A stretch of DNA of 64,000 nucleotides from Bacillota bacterium. Its GTDB lineage: Bacteria; Bacillota_I; Bacilli_A; RFN20; CAG-826. Below the pieces are notes generated by a model. The model searched no databases, had not been told where the DNA came from, and saw only the letters and a list, made by a program, of their open reading frames with translations. Positions 17,694-25,725 of this stretch are shown piece after piece. Within the stretch, counting starts at the first letter, position 1, and each line of letters starts with the position of its first letter. Both the position numbers and the translations under genes were made by a program. The stretch is taken from assembly GCA_023393065.1 (NCBI GenBank), contig JAEWMX010000013.1, forward strand, positions 438 through 64,437, written 5' to 3'.

Positions 17694-18818
17694 CTACGCT
17701 AATGACCAGTTTTTATTAAGCGCGATATTAAGTTCTTCTTGTGTGCACTTAGCAAGGTTAGCGGCACCCAAAGTGAGCACCTTTGCCCCTGCACCGCCTA
17801 GATCCTTCAATGATTGAAACATCAAGACGATGGATTCTTTTGTTAGGTTTGTGACGTTTGAAAAGTTAGATGAAACATTGAAACTCGTTTGTAGTGTGAT
17901 TTTATTAAGTAAAGGGCAATCTTGAATAGCGTTTGCCGGAATCGCTGAGGTCACTGTGTTAGGAATCCAGACTTCGTTTAATACCGGACAACTTTTAATA
18001 ACAGATGTTCCGCCCGAGAGGGTTTGCAGCCGATCGGGAAGGTATAATTTCGTGAGGTTAGGAATGTTCCAAAAAGCATAGCTGCCTAAAGTCCGTAGGT
18101 TCGATAAAGCTTCAAAGCGGACGATGCCACATCCGCAACTGCCGAGATTATATTTTCCCCATGCATCAATTGACTTTGGAAAGGTGATATCGCCAAGATT
18201 CGCAATTCGGTAGATCGCGTAATCTTCGAGTGTTCTAAGCTGCGATCCTTCTTCAAAAATAATCCCGTTACAACCCGAATCATATAAGATACGGTCTTTA
18301 ATGGTGATGATGCTCGAAGGAATAATTAACTTAAATGCCTGCGCATAGTTTGATAAGAAATAGCTACTAATAAATGACGCGGTGTTTGGAATTTGAAACT
18401 CATCAAAAGTTCCCTCAACTAACTCACGCAGAAGATTTTGTTCTTCTGTGGTCGAGTTGTTTCCTAAATTACCACGCGCAACATTCGCAATTAAAGGTTC
18501 GCTTGCATAGATGTAGTTTGCGGTAATGACACTACTTGCATTGGCGGGTTCATCACAGCAGATAAAGGATATCTCCCACCTTCCTTCCCAGGCAGTGACG
18601 GCTTTGGGAATTTCAAAGGTGTTGTCATGAACGCGATATAGATAGTTGGTGTTTTGATGCGTGAATTTTAAGTAGTGATATTCGCTATCAACCTCTGGAT
18701 CAACGGTGAAGTTTAACTTAACCCGCTTACTCTCTTTGAAAACGGAAATCGTTAGAGGAAACTCGCTTGTAATCAGCTTTCCTGTTTTATCAACGTTGAT
18801 ATTTATTTCATATGCCAT
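17694..18818 (-). CDS. Leucine-rich-repeat (BspA/LRR_5-like) protein with an N-terminal beta domain
   Basis: Repeats of about 23 aa (LRTLEDYAIYRIANLGDITFP / LRTLGSYAFWNIPNLTKLYLP / LNEVWIPNTVTSIP...). Confidence 0.65.
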   Translation of the reverse strand: MAYEININVDKTGKLITSEFPLTISVFKESKRVKLNFTVDPEVDSEYHYLKFTHQNTNYLYRVHDNTFEIPKAVTAWEGRWEISFICCDEPANASSVITANYIYASEPLIANVARGNLGNNSTTEEQNLLRELVEGTFDEFQIPNTASFISSYFLSNYAQAFKLIIPSSIITIKDRILYDSGCNGIIFEEGSQLRTLEDYAIYRIANLGDITFPKSIDAWGKYNLGSCGCGIVRFEALSNLRTLGSYAFWNIPNLTKLYLPDRLQTLSGGTSVIKSCPVLNEVWIPNTVTSAIPANAIQDCPLLNKITLQTSFNVSSNFSNVTNLTKESIVLMFQSLKDLGGAGAKVLTLGAANLAKCTQEELNIALNKNWSLA

Positions 18819-18827
18819 AGTGCCTCC

Positions 18828-19160
18828 TTACAAATTCGCGTTCCTCAAGAACTCATCAAATTCGTCGTCGTTATCGATTGTATTTCTACCCATCACAATG
18901 CTGAGTGTCTTAATAATTCCTTGATATACCGTCAAGGTTTTAAGGTATGTTTTGTAGTTAACGGATTCACGAGAGTTACCTTTATTTGAGAACTGAATAG
19001 CCCCATGTTTTTTTAGTGAAACCTCTAGTTCGTCTAATTGAACTTTAAGAAAAGCTGCCTTCATCAGCAGCTCATTAATTAACTTTGTTTTGTTCTCGTC
19101 TACGTCTTTGAATAAATCTAACAACCGAGCGTATTCTATTTGTACATTTTCATAATTCAT
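18828..19160 (-). CDS. Terminase small subunit (P27-family-like)
   Basis: 110 aa. It contains YARLLDLFKDVDENKTKLINELLMKAAFLKVQLDELEVSLKKHG and lies in an HNH-terS-terL context. Confidence 0.55.
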   Translation of the reverse strand: MNYENVQIEYARLLDLFKDVDENKTKLINELLMKAAFLKVQLDELEVSLKKHGAIQFSNKGNSRESVNYKTYLKTLTVYQGIIKTLSIVMGRNTIDNDDEFDEFLRNANL

Positions 19161-19173
19161 CTGCTTCCTCCAA

Positions 19174-19204
19174 TAAAAAAACCAGGCCGTTTCCGGAATC
19201 CTGG
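19174..19204 (-). terminator. Terminator-like hairpin directly upstream of terS
   Basis: Minus strand: CCAGG...CCGgaaaCGG...CCTGG followed by TTTTTTTATT, then GGAGG and the terS ATG. Confidence 0.45.
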
Positions 19205-19268
19205 ATTTTTGAAATTTTAGCCTCCCACATTTGTGAGGTCGGGGCTGCGGTACTAGAACAATAATATG

Positions 19269-19499
19269 CTATCTTTTAACGGGGGGCTTAATCTCGATGA
19301 ATAGTTTAATTCTGTCGAGTTCAACCTCAGGAATTCCCTTTTTAACAAGCTGCTTATAAATCGAACGTGCCTTTCGAGGTGGAACGTTATACTCCTCTTC
19401 AATTAGATATTCATTAATCTCGTCAGCTTTTAGTTGTTGAGTTTTGTTAGGATCATTCCAAATTTCTAAACAATGTGTGATAGTTTCTTTTCGTGACAT
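19269..19499 (-). CDS. Hypothetical protein
   Basis: 76-aa ORF between HNH and the terS leader. Confidence 0.4.
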   Translation of the reverse strand: MSRKETITHCLEIWNDPNKTQQLKADEINEYLIEEEYNVPPRKARSIYKQLVKKGIPEVELDRIKLFIEIKPPVKR

Positions 19500-19522
19500 G
19501 AATATACCTCTTTGGTCCTATT

Positions 19523-19825
19523 TTAACACTCTTGATGAGTCAAATTTCCGTCCCCATCGAAATTTTGTTTGTTCTTATTGAACCGCTTATGCTCTTTGTT
19601 ATGGCAGTCTTTGCATAGCAGTATTAGATTGTCTTGATTTAAAGTTACATTAAGATCATTAACATTACTCGGTGAGACATGGACAATATGGTGAACTTCT
19701 TCTCCAACTCCGCCACATTTCTCGCACCTTCCGTTCGCACTCGTTATCTTGATTAAACGCGCCTGTTGCCAAGCAGAACTTCGATAAAAGCGGTTAATGG
19801 CAGCACAAGTACTAATCATGGACAA
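19523..19825 (-). CDS. HNH endonuclease (packaging-associated)
   Basis: CEKCGG...EVHHIVH...LCKDCHNKEH. Confidence 0.8.
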   Translation of the reverse strand: MSMISTCAAINRFYRSSAWQQARLIKITSANGRCEKCGGVGEEVHHIVHVSPSNVNDLNVTLNQDNLILLCKDCHNKEHKRFNKNKQNFDGDGNLTHQEC

Positions 19826-20933
19826 GCTTTGCTCCTGCCGACAACACTTGAGAAAGTCTGCTTAGCTTTTCCCATGGAAGCTTTAAATCATCTCGACCAA
19901 CATGACCATATTTAGCGAGTTCATAATACTTAACAGATCCGAGACTCAACTCTTCTCTTATACTTCTCGGGCTAAAATTAAACACATTCTTAACTAACTT
20001 TAATAGCTCTTCTTCGTTTACATCTGATGTACCAAAGGTATCTACCGTTAGAGAAATAGGATTAGCGATTCCAATAGCGTACGACACTCCTACTTCACAT
20101 CTATTTGCGAGCCCTGAGGCAACGATATGTTTCGCCACAAACCGACAATAGTATGCGGCAGAGCGGTCGACTTTGCTTGGATCTTTACCCGAGAAAGCAC
20201 CACCGCCATGACGACCAACGCCACCATAGGTGTCACAGATAATCTTACGTCCGGTTAAACCTGAATCAGCATAAGGACCACCAATAACGAATTCTCCGGT
20301 TGGATTAATAAGAATGGAGGTTCTATCACTTATATACTCTGGTGGAATCACATCTTTGATGACTCTTTTTATAATCGGTTCAAAGACACTCCGATCAACC
20401 CCTGGTTTTGTTTGGGCAGATACAACAACGGTTGTCACATGAGATGGAACGCTATCTACATAAGCGACGCTGACTTGGCATTTACCGTCAGGACCGAAGA
20501 CTGAACTGTGAAGGTTCTTTGTAATGCGATCCATTTCGATGGCAATATTCCTTGATAGTTCAATGCTTAGTGGCATCAGTGTGGACGTGTCATTAGAGGC
20601 ATAGCCAAACATGATCCCCTGATCACCCGCGCCATCTTTATCAACACCAAGCGCAATGTCTGGTGATTGTTTGGAGATTAACTCTAATACTTGGAAATGC
20701 TCATGGTAGCCGATATCGTTCAAAACGGATTTAGCAATCTTTGCCGGTTCAATCTTCGCTGTAGTCGTCAGTTCTCCACCAATGACTAAGCAGTTATCTT
20801 TGATAAAACACTCAATTGCGACACGACTTTCTTTATCTACTTCTAAGCAGGCATCGAGAATGGCATCGCTAATTTGATCACAGACTTTATCAGGATGACC
20901 ACGAAAAACAGATTCACTAGTTACAATTTTCAT
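19812..20933 (-). CDS. metK: S-adenosylmethionine synthetase, phage-encoded
   Basis: GHPDKVCDQISD, GAGDQG, GRKIICDTYGG and HGGGAFSGKDPSKVDRS motifs. 373 aa. Confidence 0.9.
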   Translation of the reverse strand: MKIVTSESVFRGHPDKVCDQISDAILDACLEVDKESRVAIECFIKDNCLVIGGELTTTAKIEPAKIAKSVLNDIGYHEHFQVLELISKQSPDIALGVDKDGAGDQGIMFGYASNDTSTLMPLSIELSRNIAIEMDRITKNLHSSVFGPDGKCQVSVAYVDSVPSHVTTVVVSAQTKPGVDRSVFEPIIKRVIKDVIPPEYISDRTSILINPTGEFVIGGPYADSGLTGRKIICDTYGGVGRHGGGAFSGKDPSKVDRSAAYYCRFVAKHIVASGLANRCEVGVSYAIGIANPISLTVDTFGTSDVNEEELLKLVKNVFNFSPRSIREELSLGSVKYYELAKYGHVGRDDLKLPWEKLSRLSQVLSAGAKLVHD

Positions 20934-20963
20934 TACGAACTCCTTATTAAGAAAAAAAGGCCC

Positions 20964-21116
20964 TTAAGCCTTCTTGTTTAGTCTTTTAATGCGCTCGGGA
21001 ATGACATACTTTAAATTGCATTCATCGCAGCACTTTTCGCCCTTCAACGGGCTTGGATTATTGCCATAACCAACAATTGTTTTGTGGCAGATACAACATT
21101 TTTCATTTTTGCTCAT
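20964..21116 (-). CDS. Small 50-aa zinc-ribbon protein (not in the ORF track)
   Basis: It reads MSKNEKCCICHKTIVGYGNNPSPLKGEKCCDECNLKYVIPERIKRLNKKA. ATG at 21116, TAA at 20964. Confidence 0.4.
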   Translation of the reverse strand: MSKNEKCCICHKTIVGYGNNPSPLKGEKCCDECNLKYVIPERIKRLNKKA

Positions 21117-21360
21117 TTTTAATTACCTCTTTAATATTCCGTTCTGGAATGATGGCAACCATGCGCTCATGGGCTAGAAACTCAACCAGCGTGCTCGTCA
21201 TGTCCCCGCCCGTAATGATGATGGCGTACCAAGTTCCCTCTAAATAGGATCCATCTTCGTAAACTTTATCAATGGTTCCTATCACGTCATAAAACTTCTT
21301 TTGATTCTTTAATTTAGCCTTAACAACTGCTCCTTGAGTGACTTTCATGCTAACCTCCAT
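21103..21360 (-). CDS. Hypothetical protein
   Basis: 85-aa ORF with a GGAGG-like RBS (ATGGAGGTTAGCATG region). Confidence 0.4.
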   Translation of the reverse strand: MEVSMKVTQGAVVKAKLKNQKKFYDVIGTIDKVYEDGSYLEGTWYAIIITGGDMTSTLVEFLAHERMVAIIPERNIKEVIKNEQK

Positions 21361-21457
21361 AATGATGATTCATCATGTGTATGTTCGCGTAATAAACAAC
21401 ATATAGCAACGACAAAATCGATATATTTTGCTAGGTGTCGTTTTTTGCTTTTATTGA

Positions 21458-22699
21458 TTAATCTAAGAGCTTTTCACTTTGCTCGACGATATAATCCGGA
21501 ATCGTTGAAAGCGGGATTTTCACACCATCGCGAATGAGAAAACAGCCATCAATACTATTCTTTAATCGACTATATCTTTTAACAATGACATCCACGTAAC
21601 GTTCATCGAGTTCCATCACTAGTGCTTTGCGTTTAAGTTCCTCACAGGCAATTAACGTCGTGCCACTGCCACCGAATAGATCGAGAACTGTTTCACCTTT
21701 TCGGCTTGAGTTATTAATCGCTCGGGCAACTAGTGGGATTGGTTTCATGGTTGGATGCAGGTCATTTGTCTTCGGTTTGTTATATTCCCAGACAGTATCT
21801 TGTGTGCGGTCTTCGGCAAAGTAATGAGTCTCGCCCTCTTTCCATCCATAAAGGATTGGTTCATGCCGCCAATGATAATCTTGTCTCCCAAGCACGAGTG
21901 AGTTTTTAACCCAAACTAGACACTCAGACAGTTTTAATCCAGCACCTTTAAAAGCTGTTCTAAAGTTCAAACCTTCGGTGTCAGCGTGGCAGCAATATAC
22001 GACACCGCCCGGTTTTAAATGCTCGGCCATATTAGTGAACGCTTTTGACAAAAAAGTCAGGAAATCTCCATCTTTTTGCTTATCGTTTTGAATTTTCATC
22101 CCAGTCGAGCCTTCGTAATCTACGTTATATGGCGGATCGGTAAAAATCATATCGACCACTTTTCGATTCACTAAAGCCTTAACGATCTCGGGATCGGTGG
22201 AATCTCCGCACATCACGCGATGTTCATTTAATTCAAAGATGTCACCTTTTTGTGAATATGGATGATCGGTTAATACTTCACTTTCATCAAAGTCATCATC
22301 TTCAGGATCATCACCTAACTTCTTCTGTAATTCCTCAAAACCAAATAGGTCGAGATCTAATTCAATATTGTCAAACTCAATCTTTAATTTATCGAGGTCC
22401 CAGTCGGCAAGTTCCGAAGCACGATTATCCGCTAAACGAAATGCACGAATTTTATCTTCACTTAAGTCATCAGCGATAATGCAAGGAACGTCAGTAATGC
22501 CTAACTTCTTACAAGCCTTGATTCGTGTGTGTCCAGCAATAATGACATTATCTTTTGTGATAATCACCGGGACTTTAAAACCGAATTCCTTGATTGAATT
22601 AGCGACAGCTTCGACAGCTTGATCATTTTTTCTTGGGTTGTTTTCATAAACCTTTAGTTCATCAATATTTTTAATCACTATCTTCAGTTCTTTCGCCAT
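21458..22699 (-). CDS. ParB-N domain fused DNA methyltransferase (N6A/N4C, DPPY type)
   Basis: N-terminal ParB-like region (YENNPRKND...IIAGHTR) and a C-terminal MTase (FTDPPYN, DLFGGSGTT). Confidence 0.85.
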   Translation of the reverse strand: MAKELKIVIKNIDELKVYENNPRKNDQAVEAVANSIKEFGFKVPVIITKDNVIIAGHTRIKACKKLGITDVPCIIADDLSEDKIRAFRLADNRASELADWDLDKLKIEFDNIELDLDLFGFEELQKKLGDDPEDDDFDESEVLTDHPYSQKGDIFELNEHRVMCGDSTDPEIVKALVNRKVVDMIFTDPPYNVDYEGSTGMKIQNDKQKDGDFLTFLSKAFTNMAEHLKPGGVVYCCHADTEGLNFRTAFKGAGLKLSECLVWVKNSLVLGRQDYHWRHEPILYGWKEGETHYFAEDRTQDTVWEYNKPKTNDLHPTMKPIPLVARAINNSSRKGETVLDLFGGSGTTLIACEELKRKALVMELDERYVDVIVKRYSRLKNSIDGCFLIRDGVKIPLSTIPDYIVEQSEKLLD

Positions 22700-23168
22700 T
22701 AGCCCATTCCTCCTGACTTTCTTTCATCTTCTGCTCGGCAAGTTTGAGCTCTTCGCTTCGATCACTAAACTCACGACCAAAATGTCTCGATAATAAGTAA
22801 ACAAGTGCCTTATAGTCTGGTGGAACTTGCTTTGTTACCTTCGTCACTTTACGTCTTGGTGGACTTCCTCGTCCTTTATCTTCGACGATTTGCTCTTCGT
22901 CAACAGTCTCAAAGCCAACAGCACGCTTATACATCGCGCCCATGAGGTCCATTTTTAAGTTGACTCTCGCTGACTCCATGACCTGTCCGATTTCCGGATG
23001 TCTCTTCTTCAACCTAGAAAATGTGGCTTCATCGATACTGAGGCGTTCGCACATTTCTCGCTGTGTCACTAACTTCTTAGAACACTCGGCGATAAAAGCT
23101 TGAATCTCTGGCCACTTCCCTGAGTCTAACCACAGTTCATAGGTATCTCGTTTGGGGATTTTTCCCAT
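22671..23168 (-). CDS. HTH DNA-binding protein (terminase-small-subunit-like or regulator)
   Basis: ATG at 23168 behind GGAGG. It contains QREMCERLSIDEATFSRLKKRHPE. The track start at 23204 runs into a terminator stem. Confidence 0.45.
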   Translation of the reverse strand: MGKIPKRDTYELWLDSGKWPEIQAFIAECSKKLVTQREMCERLSIDEATFSRLKKRHPEIGQVMESARVNLKMDLMGAMYKRAVGFETVDEEQIVEDKGRGSPPRRKVTKVTKQVPPDYKALVYLLSRHFGREFSDRSEELKLAEQKMKESQEEWANGERTEDSD

Positions 23169-23192
23169 GTCGATTACCTCCAAATTGTGTAA

Positions 23193-23226
23193 TAAAAAAG
23201 CCAACGCTTATTTGTCCTGCGCCGGC
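23193..23226 (-). terminator. Rho-independent terminator
   Basis: Minus strand: GCCGGCGC-aggacaaataa-GCGTTGGC (two G.U pairs) followed by TTTTTTATT. Confidence 0.55.
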
Positions 23227-23272
23227 TGTGTTTATGTACTTCTCTACACTTATAGCTTATGTGAATAACTCG

Positions 23273-23309
23273 CTATACGGAAGGTATACTTTACTATACT
23301 TTGCTATAC
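23273..23309 (-). repeat. Four direct GTATAG/GTATAC repeats at 10-11 bp spacing
   Basis: Plus-strand (C/G)TATAC at 23273, 23284, 23294 and 23304. Confidence 0.7.
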
Positions 23310-23722
23310 TCTTTTGGAACTTTTACGAGTTTCAAGGCTCTCTGGTGTAGTTTATAGAGATACACCTGACTGTATGCAAGATCGATGGCGATATCCTCCC
23401 AGTTTCGGCAGTTGATATAGCGCTCACGAAGGATGATTTCAAGCTTTGCATCTCCTATTTCAGCGATCGTTTTAGCAATTTCACGCTTCAATGCCATCAA
23501 CTTATCGATTTCGGCATGAATCATTTTCTCAAGTTCCATAATTTTATCGATGTAGCGTATGAACGGCGCTTCTAGACTTGGCTGCTGTTTGATCTTATTA
23601 GGTCCATAACTCGGACCACTTGGACCAAGCGCAATTGTGTTGATATATTCAAGTTCATTTTCAAATGACTTAATGCGATTATTAAGAAGTCTAGCCTGAC
23701 TTAAGTACTTTTTTGCATCCAT
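23294..23722 (-). CDS. Sigma-like / RinA-ArpU-like phage transcriptional activator
   Basis: 142 aa. The C-terminus (ILRERYINCRNWEDIAIDLAYSQVYLYKLHQRAL) resembles sigma-70 region 4. Confidence 0.5.
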   Translation of the reverse strand: MDAKKYLSQARLLNNRIKSFENELEYINTIALGPSGPSYGPNKIKQQPSLEAPFIRYIDKIMELEKMIHAEIDKLMALKREIAKTIAEIGDAKLEIILRERYINCRNWEDIAIDLAYSQVYLYKLHQRALKLVKVPKEYSKV

Positions 23723-23987
23723 TGCATTTACGCTCCTCTCTTAATGTGATTAGTAATGTCGCTGGATTGATCGAAGTTAAGACTCCGAAGTATGGCGACT
23801 GGATGAACGATTCTATTTCTTCTATTTCCTGGTTATATTTAGCCCGTATCTTTTCATATTTAGATCGGTTCGTTAATCGAAGTAACGCACCACGAGTTTC
23901 AAGTTGAGTTAGACCTTCACAGGCTTTGCGATAATCGAACACAGCGCACTTTACGATGTTAGCGGCTAATTTATCAAAGCACGTCAT
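23691..23987 (-). CDS. Hypothetical protein
   Basis: 98-aa ORF with an ATGA overlap onto SNF2. Confidence 0.35.
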   Translation of the reverse strand: MTCFDKLAANIVKCAVFDYRKACEGLTQLETRGALLRLTNRSKYEKIRAKYNQEIEEIESFIQSPYFGVLTSINPATLLITLREERKCNGCKKVLKSG

Positions 23988-25342
23988 ATATTCGCCCTCA
24001 CTGCTTTAAACAGCGCATTTTGCAGCGTTTCTTTACCGCTTAGGACTTTCAAGATTTGTTCGTCGATCGTCTTATCAGCAATGATATGCATCACAACTAC
24101 AGTGTTTGAAATTTGTCCTTGTCGCCATATCCGGGCAATCGTCTGTTGATATAGTTCAAGGCTCCACGTCAAGCCAAACCACACCAGTGTTGATCCTCCA
24201 CTTTGTAGATTAAGGCCATGCCCTGCTGATGCTGGATGGATAAGTCCGACTTGAAGATTTCCTTTATTCCAGTTATCGATACTTAGTGATGTATTTAACT
24301 CCTGGTAGACAATTCCAAGTGTATTGAGTCGTTCTTTAATCCGCTCAAGATCATGCTTGAACCAGTATGCAAGTAAGATGGGATTGCAATTAGCGGATTC
24401 AACTATATCCTCGAGTGCATCTAACTTTTTATCATGTATAACCTCACTTTTACCAGCTTCAGTGTAAATGGCACCGTTAGCAATTTGAGTTAATTTGCCG
24501 GTCAGCACAGCAGCATTTGCGGCCGTTATTTCCTTTTCCTTAAGTTCCAGCACGAGGTTATCTTTGAAATCTTCGTAATATTGATATTCGTCATCATCAA
24601 GATAGACTTTGTACTCACTGCTAATGAGCTCGGGCATTTTGATGTGGTCTTTCGCCTTCATGGAGATGGTCATGTCACTAATAAGATTAAAGATGGCATC
24701 TCTCGCTCCAGGGAGTGGACGATATGAGAATATGACATTTCCATTACGCTTATCTGGTGTAAAGAAATTATTTCGATAATGAGTGATAAACCTACCAAGT
24801 CGTCTTCCATAGTCAAGCACGCGGAACTCTGCCCATAGATCCATTAATCCATTTCCAGCCGGAGTGCCGGTGAGGCCAACAATGCGTTTTGCATCTGGTC
24901 GTATTTTTAGTAAGTTTTGAAATCTCTTACTTCTACCATTTTTAAATGATGAGAGTTCATCGATGACGATCATATCGAACCGCACATTAACACCGCTCTT
25001 TTCCACTAACCATTGGACGTTTTCTCGGTTAATGATATAAATATCAGCTTTAGCATTTAACGCTCGAATCCGTTCTTCTTCATTTCCTACCGCAACCGAC
25101 ACAACTAGATGGCCAAGATGATCCCACTTTGCGATTTCGTTTGGCCAGGTATCGCGGGCAACTCTAAGTGGTGCGATGATTAATACTTTGCTCACCTGAA
25201 ACGAGTCGAATAGTAGCCCATCAAGTGCGGTCAGAGTAATAACGGTTTTACCTAATCCCATATCCAAGAGAATCGCCGAGATGCTGTTCTCTTCAATAAA
25301 CTTGGTTGTGAATGTTTGATAATCATGTGGTACATATTTCAT
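23984..25342 (-). CDS. SNF2/DEAD-like helicase
   Basis: DMGLGKT, VIDELSSF and RIWRQGQ motifs. Confidence 0.85.
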   Translation of the reverse strand: MKYVPHDYQTFTTKFIEENSISAILLDMGLGKTVITLTALDGLLFDSFQVSKVLIIAPLRVARDTWPNEIAKWDHLGHLVVSVAVGNEEERIRALNAKADIYIINRENVQWLVEKSGVNVRFDMIVIDELSSFKNGRSKRFQNLLKIRPDAKRIVGLTGTPAGNGLMDLWAEFRVLDYGRRLGRFITHYRNNFFTPDKRNGNVIFSYRPLPGARDAIFNLISDMTISMKAKDHIKMPELISSEYKVYLDDDEYQYYEDFKDNLVLELKEKEITAANAAVLTGKLTQIANGAIYTEAGKSEVIHDKKLDALEDIVESANCNPILLAYWFKHDLERIKERLNTLGIVYQELNTSLSIDNWNKGNLQVGLIHPASAGHGLNLQSGGSTLVWFGLTWSLELYQQTIARIWRQGQISNTVVVMHIIADKTIDEQILKVLSGKETLQNALFKAVRANI

Positions 25343-25607
25343 CTATAATTCCTCCTATCAATTTTTCATCATCTAGCACGAACACCAGGAACCCTAGTTC
25401 ACGTAATTGTCTAAATCTTACTTTTTGTAGTTTTCGTGGTTTTTTTCCTGGCGCTTTTACCTCAACGAAGGCGAGCTTACCAACAGCAATCAAGATCAGC
25501 CGATCAGGTAATCCATCAAAACCAGGACTCACCAGTTTTAGAGCCAAACCACCACGCTCCTTAACTGCCTTAACTAGTTTGTTCTCAAGTCTTTTTTCTT
25601 CTGCCAT
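25323..25607 (-). CDS. VRR-NUC nuclease
   Basis: ATG at 25607 behind GGAGGG. It contains GLPDRLIL...FVEVKAPG. Confidence 0.75.
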   Translation of the reverse strand: MAEEKRLENKLVKAVKERGGLALKLVSPGFDGLPDRLILIAVGKLAFVEVKAPGKKPRKLQKVRFRQLRELGFLVFVLDDEKLIGGIIDEICTT

Positions 25608-25725
25608 TTGCCCTCCAATGACAAGGTGTATCAACGTCGTTTCCATAACTTTCTCTAGAGCAAATTTATATCTATTTTTACCTTATGCAAACTTTAGGAA
25701 TTGATATTGATACACCTTGTCATTT

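Noticed and set aside
20951-20972. Weak hairpin (AAGGC-ttaagg-GCCTT plus T-run) between the small zinc-ribbon gene and metK, considered as a fourth pre-operon terminator.
   Set aside because: It has only a 5-bp stem overlapping the stop codon. That is too weak to call without transcript data.
21395-21440. Hairpin ACGACA...TGTCGT followed by a T-run on the plus strand.
   Set aside because: The U-tract is on the strand that carries no genes here. On the coding (minus) strand there is no U-tract, so no function can be assigned.
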